A DNA stretch of 64,000 nt from assembly GCF_036321535.1 (NCBI RefSeq), contig NC_087436.1, positions 67,582,001 through 67,646,000 on the forward strand. The letters run 5' to 3'. Made by a program: the position numbers and the translations under genes. Each line of letters starts with the position of its first letter. The stretch's first letter is position 1. This stretch comes from Camelus dromedarius (Eukaryota). The notes beneath the pieces were generated by a model, which was given only the letters and a program-made list of their open reading frames with translations, did not search any database and was not told the DNA's origin. Positions 13,890-27,100 of the stretch are shown here, in pieces.

Positions 13890-14940
13890 CAGTCTTTCCA
13901 TAGCAGAAATTTACAATATATTGTACTCTTTAGGTGTAAGATGCCTCTAATATGGTTAAATATTTTTTGGAAAAAATACTTTTAAATAGTAAATTCTACA
14001 GTCATCTGTAATGTAATGGATTGAGTTTAAAGAGGAATCACACAGTTTCCATTCTCCCACTCATTTTTTTTTCCATTTTACAAAGAGATAAGTATTTCAA
14101 ATTTGCTGACCTTTTCTGTTATAAGTCAGCAGTTTGCTACCAAGCAGTTATATTCAAAAAGAATAGACAGTTAATCTGTCATTACAATATAAAGGTGGCA
14201 TTTTAATATTAGGGGAGAAGGTAACTGCTATCCAAAGGAAAGTTTTTCTATGGAGAGACTAGTTTTAAAAATAGATACTTACAAATTTTTTCATCTTTAG
14301 GTGATTCTGTTGCCAAAAATGATTATGTGCCACCTATATGTGATAATTTCAAAACATTGAAATAAGATTTAGAAGCTACAAAGCTTCTAAAGTAAAAATT
14401 TCAGTGCTTTTAAATTTATTTGGTAAAAATATAAAAATAATGCAGTATCTTAGTTTGTAAGAACTCCAGGGTCAGGGAAAATAGACATTTTCTATGTGTA
14501 TTTCAGCAAAAATCTGTATATAATCGGACAATGAGATTGAAAAATCATCATAATGATTTAATAAGTGTATTTAAGGTGCCTCTTTTTCCATGTCATTTTT
14601 GTAAGGTAGTTTTCTTTCTTAAACTATGATTATCAGTAAAAATATTATATTAAAAAATGGATTTTGCAAAAGATCCCTAAATGGATAAACCCAAATTTTC
14701 AAAAATCATGAAACAATCATTTGCTCACAACAGAAATATTATAATAAAAGTATCATTAAATATTTTATGTACATAGGCCTCACCTCATTAACTTAACTAT
14801 GTTTAATGTATTTTTACAATATAAGTATTTATTAATTTGGTGTTGTATATATACAGCTAATTGAAGTTAATAAACATATATTGGAATAGAATATTTAAAA
14901 CTTTTCACTAATAAGGCATATAATTCAAAAGTTGGGATAA
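13890..14940 (+). mobile_element. hAT-Charlie DNA transposon relic (Charlie7-like transposase C-terminus and 3' end)
   Basis: Decayed transposase text 'tttgctgaccttttctgt...tgctaccaagcagttatatt...gagaaggtaactgct...ttagtttgtaagaac...taaacccaaattttcaaaaa' matches Charlie7 as recalled; no intact ORF. Confidence 0.6.
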
Positions 14941-16089
14941 ATATGTAAGAATTTCCATGAATAAATAGTATTGATTTAATCGTCTGTCAAAAGATATTTT
15001 TAAAAATTAATTTACTGTTATATTGACTGCTATACTTTTAATATACCAAATGGTCATTTGAAAACCATTTCCTCTTGAAGATCACTTGAAATGGCTTTTA
15101 AGAGCAAGGCTGTCTGTTCCATGTTTCAATTATTTCATGAGTTCTTATAATTATGAGCATATTTGAGCATTATAATTATGAATGTGGATATTCTCTCTTG
15201 CATTAATGCAGTCTCCTAACTTTTTTTAGTGACACATGAGTTTTTGTTAACTTTTCTTGCTCTGTTATATCCTCTCTCACTATCAGTGCCTTACATCTGG
15301 CTATCAGATCTTGTGCCCAGATTATTTCAAGAGTCTCCTAACCAGTATCCTTATTCCTTGTAGCATTTTCAAGGTTGTTGCCAGAATGCTATTTCCAGAA
15401 AGTAACCCCATACTCGAAATTCTTAGAGTGGCTTTCTTTCAGCTATAAAATAGTATCCCAATTCCTGATCCTTGTGACAGAGTTCCACGGGATTGTGCCC
15501 TCATCACCTCAGGCTCTTTTAGACTACTTGCATGACCAAAAGTGAGCCAACCTGTCACCCCACTATTGCACAGTTTCCTTTGCTGAAAATCCCATTTCTG
15601 AAACCTAACAGCTTCCTCGTCAATTCTGGAATCTTTCCTTACACATCTGATGTTCATCCTTCCTCTGTTCCATTTCATTTGGTTAAACATCCCTGGTCTG
15701 TACTTCCATATCAATGTTTATCAATCCATTTATCATATTTTAAAATAAGTTGGCAAGAATACCTAGACAAAGTTTTTGACCAAATTCTACATTGCAACCA
15801 TTTCCTGAATTTACCCCACAGAAATAGAATGCTGAAAGTTTCTATGAAATTATATCAAAAAATGGTTTTACTTTCACTCTGAATTATAGTATTCATTGAA
15901 GTTAGAAAGGGAAAACATACCTAAAAACAGAGAAAAAAGATATTCTATACATATTGAGACTAATTGAAGACTGTGTGCATTTTTAGTATCAAAAGACTTT
16001 ACCTTTAATAGTTTTAAAAATAAAGATAATTGACTATTCTGTGTTTACGTGACAATCAAATATTCTCTCTTTTTTTAACTTTTACATTG

Positions 16090-16215
16090 TATTTATTCAC
16101 ACATTCAAGCATTTGCAAGCACATGAAGTATTTCCCGTGTGCCATGCACTGTTCCAGACCTGGGCATACAGTAGTGAACACAAGAGATAAGACATGGGCC
16201 CTGACTCTTCCTCAC
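16090..16215 (-). mobile_element. L2 3' end
   Basis: 'atttattcac...tgtgccatgcactgttccagacctgggcatacagtagtgaaca' is a typical reverse-complement L2 terminus. Confidence 0.6.
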
Positions 16216-16378
16216 GTACTAATGTACAAAATACATTAAGTAATGGTTCTCATGAGGATGTTGAAAAAGCCCACAACCAATATCTTTCTTTCTACTTATT
16301 TATCTATTTATTGATTTACTTCTATCTGATAACACTATGATGATTTAGCCCTTCACCCAGACTAGGTACCTCAGAATC

Positions 16379-17560
16379 TTTTTTTTTATTATCATAAGTT
16401 AAGGGTGTACAGCATTATAGTTCAACATCTGTATATACTGTAAAGTGATCACCACAAGTCTAGTTGCCATCCATCACCATAGAGTTGGTGCCATTCACTC
16501 ATTTCACATCTACCTCCCCTCTTCCCCTCTGTATCTATGACTTTGTTTGTTTTGTTTTGTTTTGTTTTGTTTAGATTTCATATATGAAAAATAATATGGT
16601 ATTTGTCTTCCTGTATCTATTTTTTCACATAGCATAATAACTTCAAGTTCCATCCACATTGTTGCAAATGTGGATGCATTGTTGCAAATGTTGCAAGAGT
16701 TCATTCTTTTTTATGGCTGAGTAATATTTCATGGTATATGTATGCCACATCTTCTTTATCCATTCATCTGTCTACGGACACTTAACTTCATTTTCGTATC
16801 TTGGATATTGTAAATAATGCTGCAGTGAACACAGGGGTGCATATATCTTTTTGAATTAGTGTTTTCATGTTTTTTAGAAATATACCTGGAAGTAAAATCC
16901 TGGGTAATAGTTCTATCTTAATTTTTTGAGGAATCTCCGTATTGTTTTCTATAGTGGCTATACTGATTTACAGTCCCCATTTACAAACAGTGTACAACAG
17001 TTCTCTTTTCTCTGTATCTTTTTGAACATTTGTTTTTTTAATCTTTTCAATATTTGCCATTCTGGCAAGTGTGAGGTAATATTTCATTGTGGTTTTCTTT
17101 GCCTTTTCCTAATTATTAGTGATGTTGACCATCTTTCCATGTGCCTGTTGGCTATCTGTATATTTTCTTTGGGAAAATGTTTATTCATATTCTCTAATCA
17201 TTTTTAATTGGGTTGTTTGTTTTGTTGTTGAGTTGTAAGAGTTCATTATGTATTTTGGATCCTCACCCCTTATTGGATACATGATTTGCAAATATCTTTT
17301 CTCATTCAGTAGGTTGTCTTTTTGTTTTTATGATGGTTTTCTTCACTGTGCAGAAGCTTTTTAGTTTGATTTAGTCCCATTTCTTTTTGCTTTTGTTTCT
17401 CTTGCCTTTGCAGGCAGATCTGCAAGAACGTCACTAAGACTGATGTCCAGGAGCTCACTGCCTATGTTTTCTTCTAGGAATTTTATGGTGTCAGATCTTA
17501 CATTCAAGTCTTTAACCCATTTTGAGTTAAATTTTGTGTAGATAGATAGTAGTCTAGTTT
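16379..17560 (-). mobile_element. Older 5'-truncated L1 (ORF2 C-terminus plus 3' UTR, L1MA-like)
   Basis: A poly-T start is followed by a colinear match to the in-window L1 ('ttagatttcatatatg', 'atggctgagtaatatt', 'gtgcagaagctttttagtttgat'); includes a (TTTTG)n stretch. No convincing TSD. Confidence 0.9.
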
Positions 17561-18319
17561 CTCAAATATTCCTATTTTTAACTATGAGGAAAAACATTAA
17601 TCACTCTTATTAAACTGAATAAAAGCTCCATAAATTAGATAAAGCAGCTTCAGAGGTAACATTAAAAATCAACAGAAAAAGAAGAAAACGCCCTTCATTT
17701 AAAAAGATAAATTCAAACTCTCCATACAGAATAATTTAACAAATGCAAAATATCATGATGGCTTTTAAATATGAACATACTGAGGGAACAAGATTAATAA
17801 ATTTATTCAGATGTTAATTTAAAAATGAAAATTATTCTTAAATATATATTCTGGTTAAAGCTCTCAGAGTCAAACTAGAAGTATCTTCAAAAGTTATATT
17901 GACAAGTGATCCTGCTGAAGTAGCTCTACTTCTGGCTGATTTCAACTTTTAAGCATTCATTTTCAGAATAGATTGCAAGTGGAAACACCATATTTTTTTT
18001 TCCACAAAACTTTTCAACTGTCATTACACAAAAAATGATTCTTCCATAAGTAAGTATTTATGTCCAATGATACTTTTGCTATGTGTGTAAGTAAGTGTCT
18101 GTTTTAAAATATTATTCATTTACTAAAGTAAAGATTCAATTGTTTAATAAAAATAAAGCACTTATATTGTATTTTCAACTTTACTTTTTGTTCTTGGTTG
18201 GAACCACGGGTGTGTACATGTATTTCTTATTCAGAACATTTACTGCCCTTTCTTAGCCCTATCTGACTGGCCCCCTTTGACCAGTTCCCTTGCTAGTCAT
18301 TCTCATCTACTGATATAGG

Positions 18320-18520
18320 ATACCTGACTTGCATGGATCCATGAAATGTGAATGGAAGTGATGTGTGTTAGATCCTAGTAAAGCTTTAAAGCCATCGCAT
18401 GGTTCCTACCTCAGCACCTCCCCCCTCAATATGAGGCCAGCATGTCTCAGGAAGTCTTCAACCTCACATTCATGTTGGAATAAAGATCTGCAACCACTCT
18501 GTGCAGGGAGCCGGGACCCA
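18320..18520 (+). mobile_element. MaLR LTR fragment (MLT1-like)
   Basis: 'gacttgc...catgaaatgtgaatggaagtgatgtgtgt...aagctttaaagccatcgcatggttc' is characteristic of old MLT1 LTRs. Confidence 0.5.
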
Positions 18521-19526
18521 ATGAACTTCAAGCTCTGGTTCCAGACCCTTTGAGGTCCCAGAACTCAGGGTTCAAGGAAAATACCTTGTACCAAAAAATC
18601 TACTTTTTAATTTCACCTTTTGAACCTCAATTTTCTCAGCTTTAAAGTAGCTAGTACTAGTACCAAATTTGTAAAATTGTTAGAAAATTTAAATGTTTCT
18701 GGTACACAGTAAACTCTCTAAATGACCAAATTATATATATGACTAAAAATATAACTAGGGTTTAGGAAAACTCATTTATTTATTCCAACTAAGCAATAAT
18801 TAAACGTTTCTTGTCTGAACAACTTATGGATTCCTCTTTAATATTTTCTGAAAATATTGAAAGCATTGTAAGGAAGCACTTAAAATTCATTAGAGATTTT
18901 TGTAAATATTGTCACAAACCAGGTAGTAGCAGTTTAGAGAAAAGACCATTTTACCTGTACTTTAGAAAACAGTATTCAGACAAATCACTTTATATATTTG
19001 GAAAAATAGGAATTTTGGAATTTTCTTCACATTGTTATTTTTAAGAGACACAAAGTTTCATTTAGTTTTAAAGATCAGTACCCAAGCCTATCAAAGGTAG
19101 TTTGAAAAGTTTTGCACTGTCTAATGACATACAATCAAAGATAACTGGTGTTGAAAGAATAGAGATATAATTTCTATTTTATCTACTTTAATGTTCATTT
19201 TAATTTAACTAGTTTATTTTCTTTTAAAGTTATGGATTCATGGCAAGTGTTAAAGGTTTTCAGTTAAGAAATAATTAAAATATGTTTAAGTCAGTTGACA
19301 AAAATATATCAATAAATACAATACAGGGAATACAAGGATATGTCAGAAACACAGTATTAACTATAAATTAGATAATATTGCCATATAAAATAGGAGTAAT
19401 GATTAATATAGTTTCTTGATTTACAAAATCTATCTTTAATACCTCTCCTCTATCCCAGCTAATCTAATTCACTCTTTTTAGAACATATTTTATAATTATT
19501 TTCCTTACCCTCTATTCTAAACTTTT

Positions 19527-19641
19527 GTTTTATGAGGGTAAGTAATTAGGTTTATTTATATTTGGAGGAGGTAATGGGGATTGAACCCAGGAACTCATGC
19601 ATGCTAAGCATGTGCTCTACCACTTGAGCTATACCCTCCCC
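19527..19641 (-). mobile_element. tRNA-derived SINE of camelid vic-1 type with perfect 16-bp TSD
   Basis: The minus strand reads GGGGAGGGTATAGCTCAAGTGGTAGAG (A box)...GGGTTCAATCCC (B box)...AAACCTAATTAC. TSD tctattctaaactttt at 19511-19526 and 19642-19657. Confidence 0.92.
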
Positions 19642-20264
19642 TCTATTCTAAACTTTTATCATGATTTTCTCTCATCTCTTCTTTTTTACCATGGAATAAA
19701 TATAAATATATACATTGTATATATAAATATACAAATCACTTTAACTTCCAGAAAACAGTATTTTAAAATACAGTGGTATCTGGGTAATAGAGTTATAAAT
19801 ACTCTTTGAAATATAACTATAACTTGTTCTTTAATATGCTCCACTTTTCACTTATTTGTCTTCTATCAAGTAGAAAGTACAGTTTTTGGTAAGTAAAGGG
19901 TGTATTTCCATAATGCACAGAAAACTGGACTAGAGTCTATGACCTTCAATTTCTAGTTTTGGCTTAGCTATTAACTCATGAATATATTAATCACATACAG
20001 AATTGAATTTGCCTGTCTCTATTACTCTTCTCAGATCTCTACTGAAAGATGTCTCTTTAAAATATTGGCATTACCTGCCTTTATACAAATTCATTGTACA
20101 GCTATGGGTATTTTTATTTTCAGACCTCCTAGTTTGTTTGCATCTGCCATTTTTGACCCACACTATTTTTATCAAAAATTAGGAAAATCATTAATAATCA
20201 GGATATATCTCTAAATCTTAAGGCTCACATATTAGAATCCATACTTTTTAATAAGTTTTATAAA

Positions 20265-20405
20265 TTGGTCTGTCTTCCCTACTACCGTGGGAATACCTTA
20301 AGGGCATCATCTCTGACTAATTCATCTTTGTATTTTCATAGCACATAAAACAAACTGCCTTGCATGTTAGGGTCTTTAAAAATGTTCATTGAATAAAAGA
20401 AATAA
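20265..20405 (+). mobile_element. L2 3' end
   Basis: 'tctgtcttccctacta...cttaagggca...ttcatctttgtatt...agcac...aaatgttcattgaataaa'. Confidence 0.55.
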
Positions 20406-23008
20406 AACAAATAGTTATATTTCTAGCACTATCCACATTGAATAGGCCAAATTTTCTGGACTCCCAATTTGGAAACACAATTTAGATTCATGGTAGATAC
20501 TAAAACTAGAACTGGAAAAATAATTTTATATGATCAAGTTTTGGGCTGATTTTCATCTGGAAAAGCAAGAATTTACATTAAGAAAAGGAGATAATAAGAT
20601 AGAAGAATGGAGAAGTGCAGTTATTAGAAGTGGGAGATGATATTGTTGCCATGTGGAAGATATCAAATATTTCACTTAACCACCCGCCCCCCCCAAAAGA
20701 ATATTTAAAAGATTTCGCTTTTTACATTATCTTAGGAGTTTCTCTTTCCTGTTTCTATAGCAAGTTATTGTTCATGTAGGCAGTAGTTTTAAGTGCCCTT
20801 ATAAAATCATAATCGGAGGGTTTCCTATTTTGTATTGAGACCCTTTCCCTTTGCTGCTTCCATCTGTTTTGCATGTGACTGATGATATTGGGAGCCTTTG
20901 TAGCATCATTGCCTCATGTAGTTTGTATGCATGAAGCAGATATAATCTCAGATGATCAGGCATCTATTACTCCTACGAGGAAATATCTACAATAGGCAAT
21001 TAATTGTGTTTCAAATCCTCCAGTTAGTCACTTACAGAAGATTTAACAATACTTTTCATGGACATTCTATTGATCTGAATGTGTGACTAATTTATCTTTC
21101 CTTTCCTATGACTGAAGATAATGTAGAGCATATTTTTTTCTTTTTCTTTTCTTTCAGCAAATTATCAAGTACTAGATTTGCTTTGTTTCCCCTCCTTAAA
21201 ATGTTATTGAATTTATAAAGTTCAGCATTTATATGTATAGAAAGGACTTGATTCTTGTTACCACATAAAGGCATTTACAGAAATACAGAAGCATGAGCCT
21301 AATGTAATAAATAAATTAAAGTGATGCCCTTGAAGTTCTCTCTCTAACTGCTCAGAGCTGCCCCTCATAACATAGAGCACAAAGGCTTCAAATAAATGCG
21401 TCTTTCCCTTCTCATTCATTTTTCCTCAACACACAGAAACACACACAGAGGTACTGCAGAGGCTTTAGACTGTCCAGTGCTGCAGAAAACACTGCCTTTC
21501 TAGGATCTATCATAGTCTAAGATTATTTTGTGACAAGAAAAGTAGTTCCACCAGAACAGGCATAGAGAAGGGGACTTAAACAATTTATTATGTTAATGAA
21601 AATAAAGATAATTGTACACACTGCAGAAAATTGCAGAGGGAGCCATGAATTTGCACTTTTTCCTCCAATGGCAGCAGACTATTTGGAAAGAAGCAGGGAG
21701 GGAAGACCCAGAAAAGAATGTGATCTTTAGTATTTTAACTAGGATTCCTAAACTTTAGCCACTTTTTGGAAGCATTTTCCAAAACATATTTTTCTAGTTT
21801 TCCTGGGGGATTTTTTTCCCACTGAATATCTATCATACCAACTTTTTAAAAATGAATGCTAATTTATACATATTCTGTTAAAAGCAGAAAAAGAAAAAAA
21901 AAATTTCACAGCCACTTCGCAGTTAAATAGCAACTTGAGTTTTTGGAGTTTCATTTCTTATTCCTCTCTTTTCTCTCATCTCAAAGTACACCTCTTAGTA
22001 TTCCAGAAGAAGTCCAAGATTTGCATATAAATCTAATTGTGTGTATTCATGCAAAACTTTTCAATTCATGACAAACTATCCATAGATATTAAAATTAATT
22101 TGTGAGAAAAGAGCCATTGTATTCAAAGGTAGAAAGTGTCAAGTCTCTTGCTCCTTCACATTTTACTACCACTTAGCTGTACACAAAGTGGACTTTATGA
22201 AAAGTGCTAAACATTTAAGAAAAGAGCTGTATGTCTGAGAGAGGTGTATACATGAACTTGGTCTTGCATATCTGTGTACGTTTGCATATGTACTTGATGC
22301 TTTCGTTATTATTGAAAGGAAGTGTAAGGCTTTACATATTTAGAGTAGGTTGAGCCAAATAAGAAATCATAAACTTGTGACAACTGAAATTTATTTTTAT
22401 CACTTGGATCATATAGTAATCCACAAAGCTATTTAACAATGGACTAGCTATTTGTATATTTACTTTGTGTCAATCAGTATTTCTAGCTAAAATCAAGAAC
22501 ATTAAATTCTGAGATTTTAAAATTATTTTTTTAACCAGGTTAAATTCAGTACATGTTTATTTATGTATTCCATTATGTCTTATCCTAGATGTGGTGCTTA
22601 TTTTTCTGCTGATGTAAGCCATAGGGTTTTCTATAAATTGTGTACATTAAGGGAGAGAGAATGGGATATTTCTGATAAGTATAAGGTACATTAGTACTTT
22701 GACAGTGACTTCTCCATTCCCCACTAGCTCTCTTTGATTGTGAAATTCCAAAGCTCAGTGTTTACTTCTTAGAAATTGATCACTATTTCTATAGTTGAAC
22801 CAGGGGGAAAAAACCAAATCTGACACATTATCTACTGCTGTGGATGGAGCAATAACATCAAAATTGGAAAAGAGAATTTTACAGTTGAACACATATGATA
22901 AAAAAAAATTCAAGGTCACCAGTTCTTATATTTATAGCTTTCTCAAAGCTGCTGTTTAGCCCCATAACAATTATCATGGGGGAAGGAGAGAGAAGTTTAA
23001 GACCACAA

Positions 23009-24187
23009 TCCTGTTTGTTTACTTTTGCTTTTATTTCTGTTGCCTGGGTAGACTGCCCTAGCATTTGCACAGCAAAGGAAACCATAAGCAAAACAAAAGT
23101 CAACCTACAGACTGGGAGAAGATATTTGCAAGAGCTGAGATTGACAGGGGCTTAATTTCAGACTATACAGACAGCTCATACAACTTAATAATAAAAAACA
23201 AACAAACCAATCCAAAAATGGGCAGAAGACCTAAACAAGCAATTCTCCACTGAAGACATGCAAATGGCCAACAGGCACATGAAAAAAAAATGTTCAATAT
23301 TACTAATGATCAGAGACATGCAAATCAAAACTACAATGAGGTGTCATCTCACACCACTCAGAATGGCCATCATTAAAAAGTCCACAAATGATAAATGCTG
23401 GAGAGGGTGTGGAGAAATGGGAACCCTCCTACACTGTTGGTGGAATGTAGTTTTGTGCAGCCATTACCGAAAACAGTATGGAGATTCCTCAAAAGACTAA
23501 AAATAGACTACCTATATGATCAAGCAATTCCACTCCTGGGCATATATCCAGATGGAATTTTAATTCAAAAAGATACATGCACCCCCACGTTCAAAGCAGC
23601 ACTATTTATAAAAGCCAAGACATAGAAACAACCTAAATGTCCATTGACAGATGACTGGATGAAGAAGTTGTGGTACATTTATACAATGGAATACTACTCA
23701 GCCATGAAAAGAATAAAATAATGCCATTTGTAGCAACATGGATAGACCCGAGACTGTCATTCTAAGTGAAGTAAGCCCAAAAGAGAAAGAAAACTACCAT
23801 ATGACATTGCTTATGTGTTGAATCTGAAAAAAAAAGACAACTGAACTTATTTACAAAACAGAAACAGACTCACAGACATAGAAGACAAACTTATGGGGGA
23901 GGGGGAAGGGGCTGAAAAGGGATGAATTTCTGAGAGTTCGAGATTTGCAGATACTAACTACTATATATAAAATAAAGAACAAGTTTATATTGTCTAGCAC
24001 AAGGAACTATATTCAATATGTTGTAGTAACCTATAATGAAAAAATATGAAGATGAATATATGTATGACTGAACTATTATGCTGTACACCAGAAACTGACA
24101 CACCATTGTAAACTGATTCTACTTCAATAAAAATAAATAAATAAATAAATTGTATTCAACTCCAAAAACAAAAAAAACAAAACAAAA
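23009..24187 (+). mobile_element. 5'-inverted, truncated L1 (twin-priming structure)
   Basis: 23009-23061 is antisense ORF2 (LGQSTQATEIKAKVNK); from about 23060 the element is sense ORF2 C-terminus, then 3' UTR, AATAAA and an A-rich tail. Confidence 0.93.
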
Positions 24188-27100
24188 CTACACTCCCATC
24201 CACAGCTTAATAGCAGAAGTAGAACCACAAAGCTGAATTTAAAATAATTATCTGTTAGCAAATAAAATTTGGATAATGTTTGAAAGGACCCAAAGGAGCT
24301 ATAACATTTTATACCTCTATAACTAGAATTGCCTTTCCAACTTAAATATGTGTATCTCAGTATCTTGTTTGTTTATAAGTTACTAAAATGTAGAGAAAAT
24401 TTAATTAATGAATGTTTATAATACACACACAGGCAATTAAGCTTACTATGCTTATTTCATTCAAACATCCTATTTTTTCCAGCTGGTAATGACAGAAATA
24501 TCAACTTTTCTTAAAAAAAAAAATCAGGTGATGGCCTGAAATCAATAGAGTTTGCATATGTCCATTCAAGGATAGAATTTAGTTTTTGAAATTTAGGATG
24601 GTGGCCACTTCTTAAATACTGCTTGTGCAGATAACCTCTTACCTATGACAGTTGCATTACAACTAAATTTTCTACCCTTGAAGTCAATGTGAATTCTGTT
24701 CCCAGAAATGTGACCACAAATTGACTTACTCTGATACTGCAGATTTTATTATTTAGTTATGAGGCTTCTCTCATGGGCATTAGGAGTTGAGAGCTTGTGG
24801 ATGGCAGAATAATTATTTACTAAATGTAACACACTAGTTTCAAAACATTTGCTTTTTAATTGATAATCTCATGAAGAACAAGTCATCAAGGTACCAAGAT
24901 ATTTTATCTTTCAGAGATTCTTAATCTGGAAACCATTAAGTCTATATACAATCTAAATTCAGATTGTTTAACAGTGATTCTATAATATCTGATAGAAACT
25001 TTATGCCTACACTAATGAGATTTGTATATCAAGTCATATTTTTATTTCAAGAGGAGTAGCATGAGAATTTTAATATCTAGGTCTGTGAAAGTAAAGGTAC
25101 TTCAACACATATTGTGCCACTTTTTTCATAGCTTTTTAAAAATAATCAACCAGGAGAGGTTAAAGGAATATTGTAACATGATATTCATCCAATAAATAAA
25201 TAATAGTCATTAGAATGACAGTCCCTAGACTATATTCCCCTTGAAAATTCTCATGATAATCAGAAACATCAGTTGATAATCAGAATTTCAAAAGGTATTA
25301 AAATTTACTTAAATCGACTTGGATTTTTATTTATTTTTCAAACCAGCCAAATGTTCAGTGAATCAGACTTTTTTGTTTTATATGCATTTTCCAAAAAAGA
25401 CAAAGAAAGTGCTTTATGACATAATTTAGCCATATTTTAAAAAGAAAAGCTTATCTGTTTGCTTTATTCTGAACAGGAAAAAACATACACTCACATATGC
25501 AGAAAGAGGAAACCAAAAACGACATTAAATATGCCAACGCTAAGAACTGAACCCATAAATTAAAACCAACAGAATAATTTTACTTTACTTCAACTTAGCT
25601 AAATTAACAAGAGTTTATATAATTTCACTAAAGAAAGATATTTATAGACTATTGCTATGCATAAAAACAATTATAATAAAGCTTGCCGAATCTGAGTGAA
25701 TAGTATAATGCCTAATACTCAAGTTCTGCCCTTGAGGAACTTACAGTCTACAAGGTAAGAAAGACATACATAACAAGGGAAGGATGCGCAGCATTGGAAG
25801 GAATTATGTGGCACTAAAAGTAGAAAGAGGAAGAAGTAATTAATGTAGGAAGAAGTCCTGTGAAACTCAGGAGTCTCTCATCCCTAGAAATTGGACTGGT
25901 CATAAAAACCTAGACATTACAAATGAATGAACATTTGCAAAAGAAATCACTTAAAAGTCCTATTTTAGAATCACAACTTCTATTTTGCTCTTGACAAAGC
26001 TATCTTCCCCAAGAAAGTAAAGAAGAAGTCTGCCATGCTAAAAATGGAGATGAGTCTGAAAGCACAGAATGTGATACATACTGGAATGACTAGAGTACAC
26101 TCAAAGTATCGAGAAGTGGTTTGACATAGGTGTTTTGCCTTTGAGATAGGGAGACTGAATTAAATTCCTAGACTTAAGAAATGAGACTTAACCTAAGGAA
26201 ACTTCTGTGAAATAAACAAGACTTGTAAAAGAAATAAGAATTGTTAAAAGGATTGTTACAAGGATTGAATCCCACATTTTTATTGAAACATATCAATATG
26301 TAATGAAATGGGATAATGTATATTATCTCATTTAAAAGGTTTTTTTTCCCTAAAAATTGTTTGTGGTAGACAATAAGACATTAGAAGAGACATATTTAAT
26401 GGTCTTAAATGTTCAACTCTGACACAAAATTAGCAAAAAATTTTAAAATCATAATAAATTCAATAAAAGGAAGGGATGAAATATTATATTACCATTTCTA
26501 ACTGAATTGTTTATTGCCCTATTGATATAACCATGGAATAAATAAATCCATAGTTTATATCATAAAAAAATAACCATTATTTGACCTATTCCTTTTAATA
26601 GAAATATGTATTCAAGAACCAGCCACGAAGCATTTTCCCTTCTAAGAAGCAAAACCAAACATAAAGAAACAAAGCACTTTGCATGTAAGGGACTTTGCAA
26701 TAAATAAATATTTATTATTAACATGTTCTTGTGTCTCTGGACTTTTTACCTATTTAGAATGAAAAATAATAGAACATTTCTAAACAATTGGCAAATTCAT
26801 CCAAAAAAGCTCTGCCAGATTCAGTTTTGTTGTTTTTGTTTGTTTAAATCTGCTGCCTGAACTGTAAGAAGCATGGGATACTAAAATATACTTAGGACAA
26901 ATGTAAATCATCTTAATATGTATAAATGGTAAGTGCTCTTGTGAATGTGTTGGTATGCAAACAACTTAAAGATTACTGAGGTTTGATTTTAATTTTTAGA
27001 CACTTTTCCTATATTGTAACCCAAACATAATTTTTCAAAATGTTTCTTTTAAGGGGACCAAACTCAAAGAAGTAGAAATCAAGATAGCCACACGCCTTTG

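Noticed and set aside
19575..19641. tRNA gene
   Set aside because: The tRNA-like head has a SINE tail and a TSD, and lacks a complete acceptor stem.
24670..24700. Resemblance of 'ttgaagtcaatg' to ancient amniote palindromic repeats
   Set aside because: The match is too short and the palindromic flanks are not preserved.
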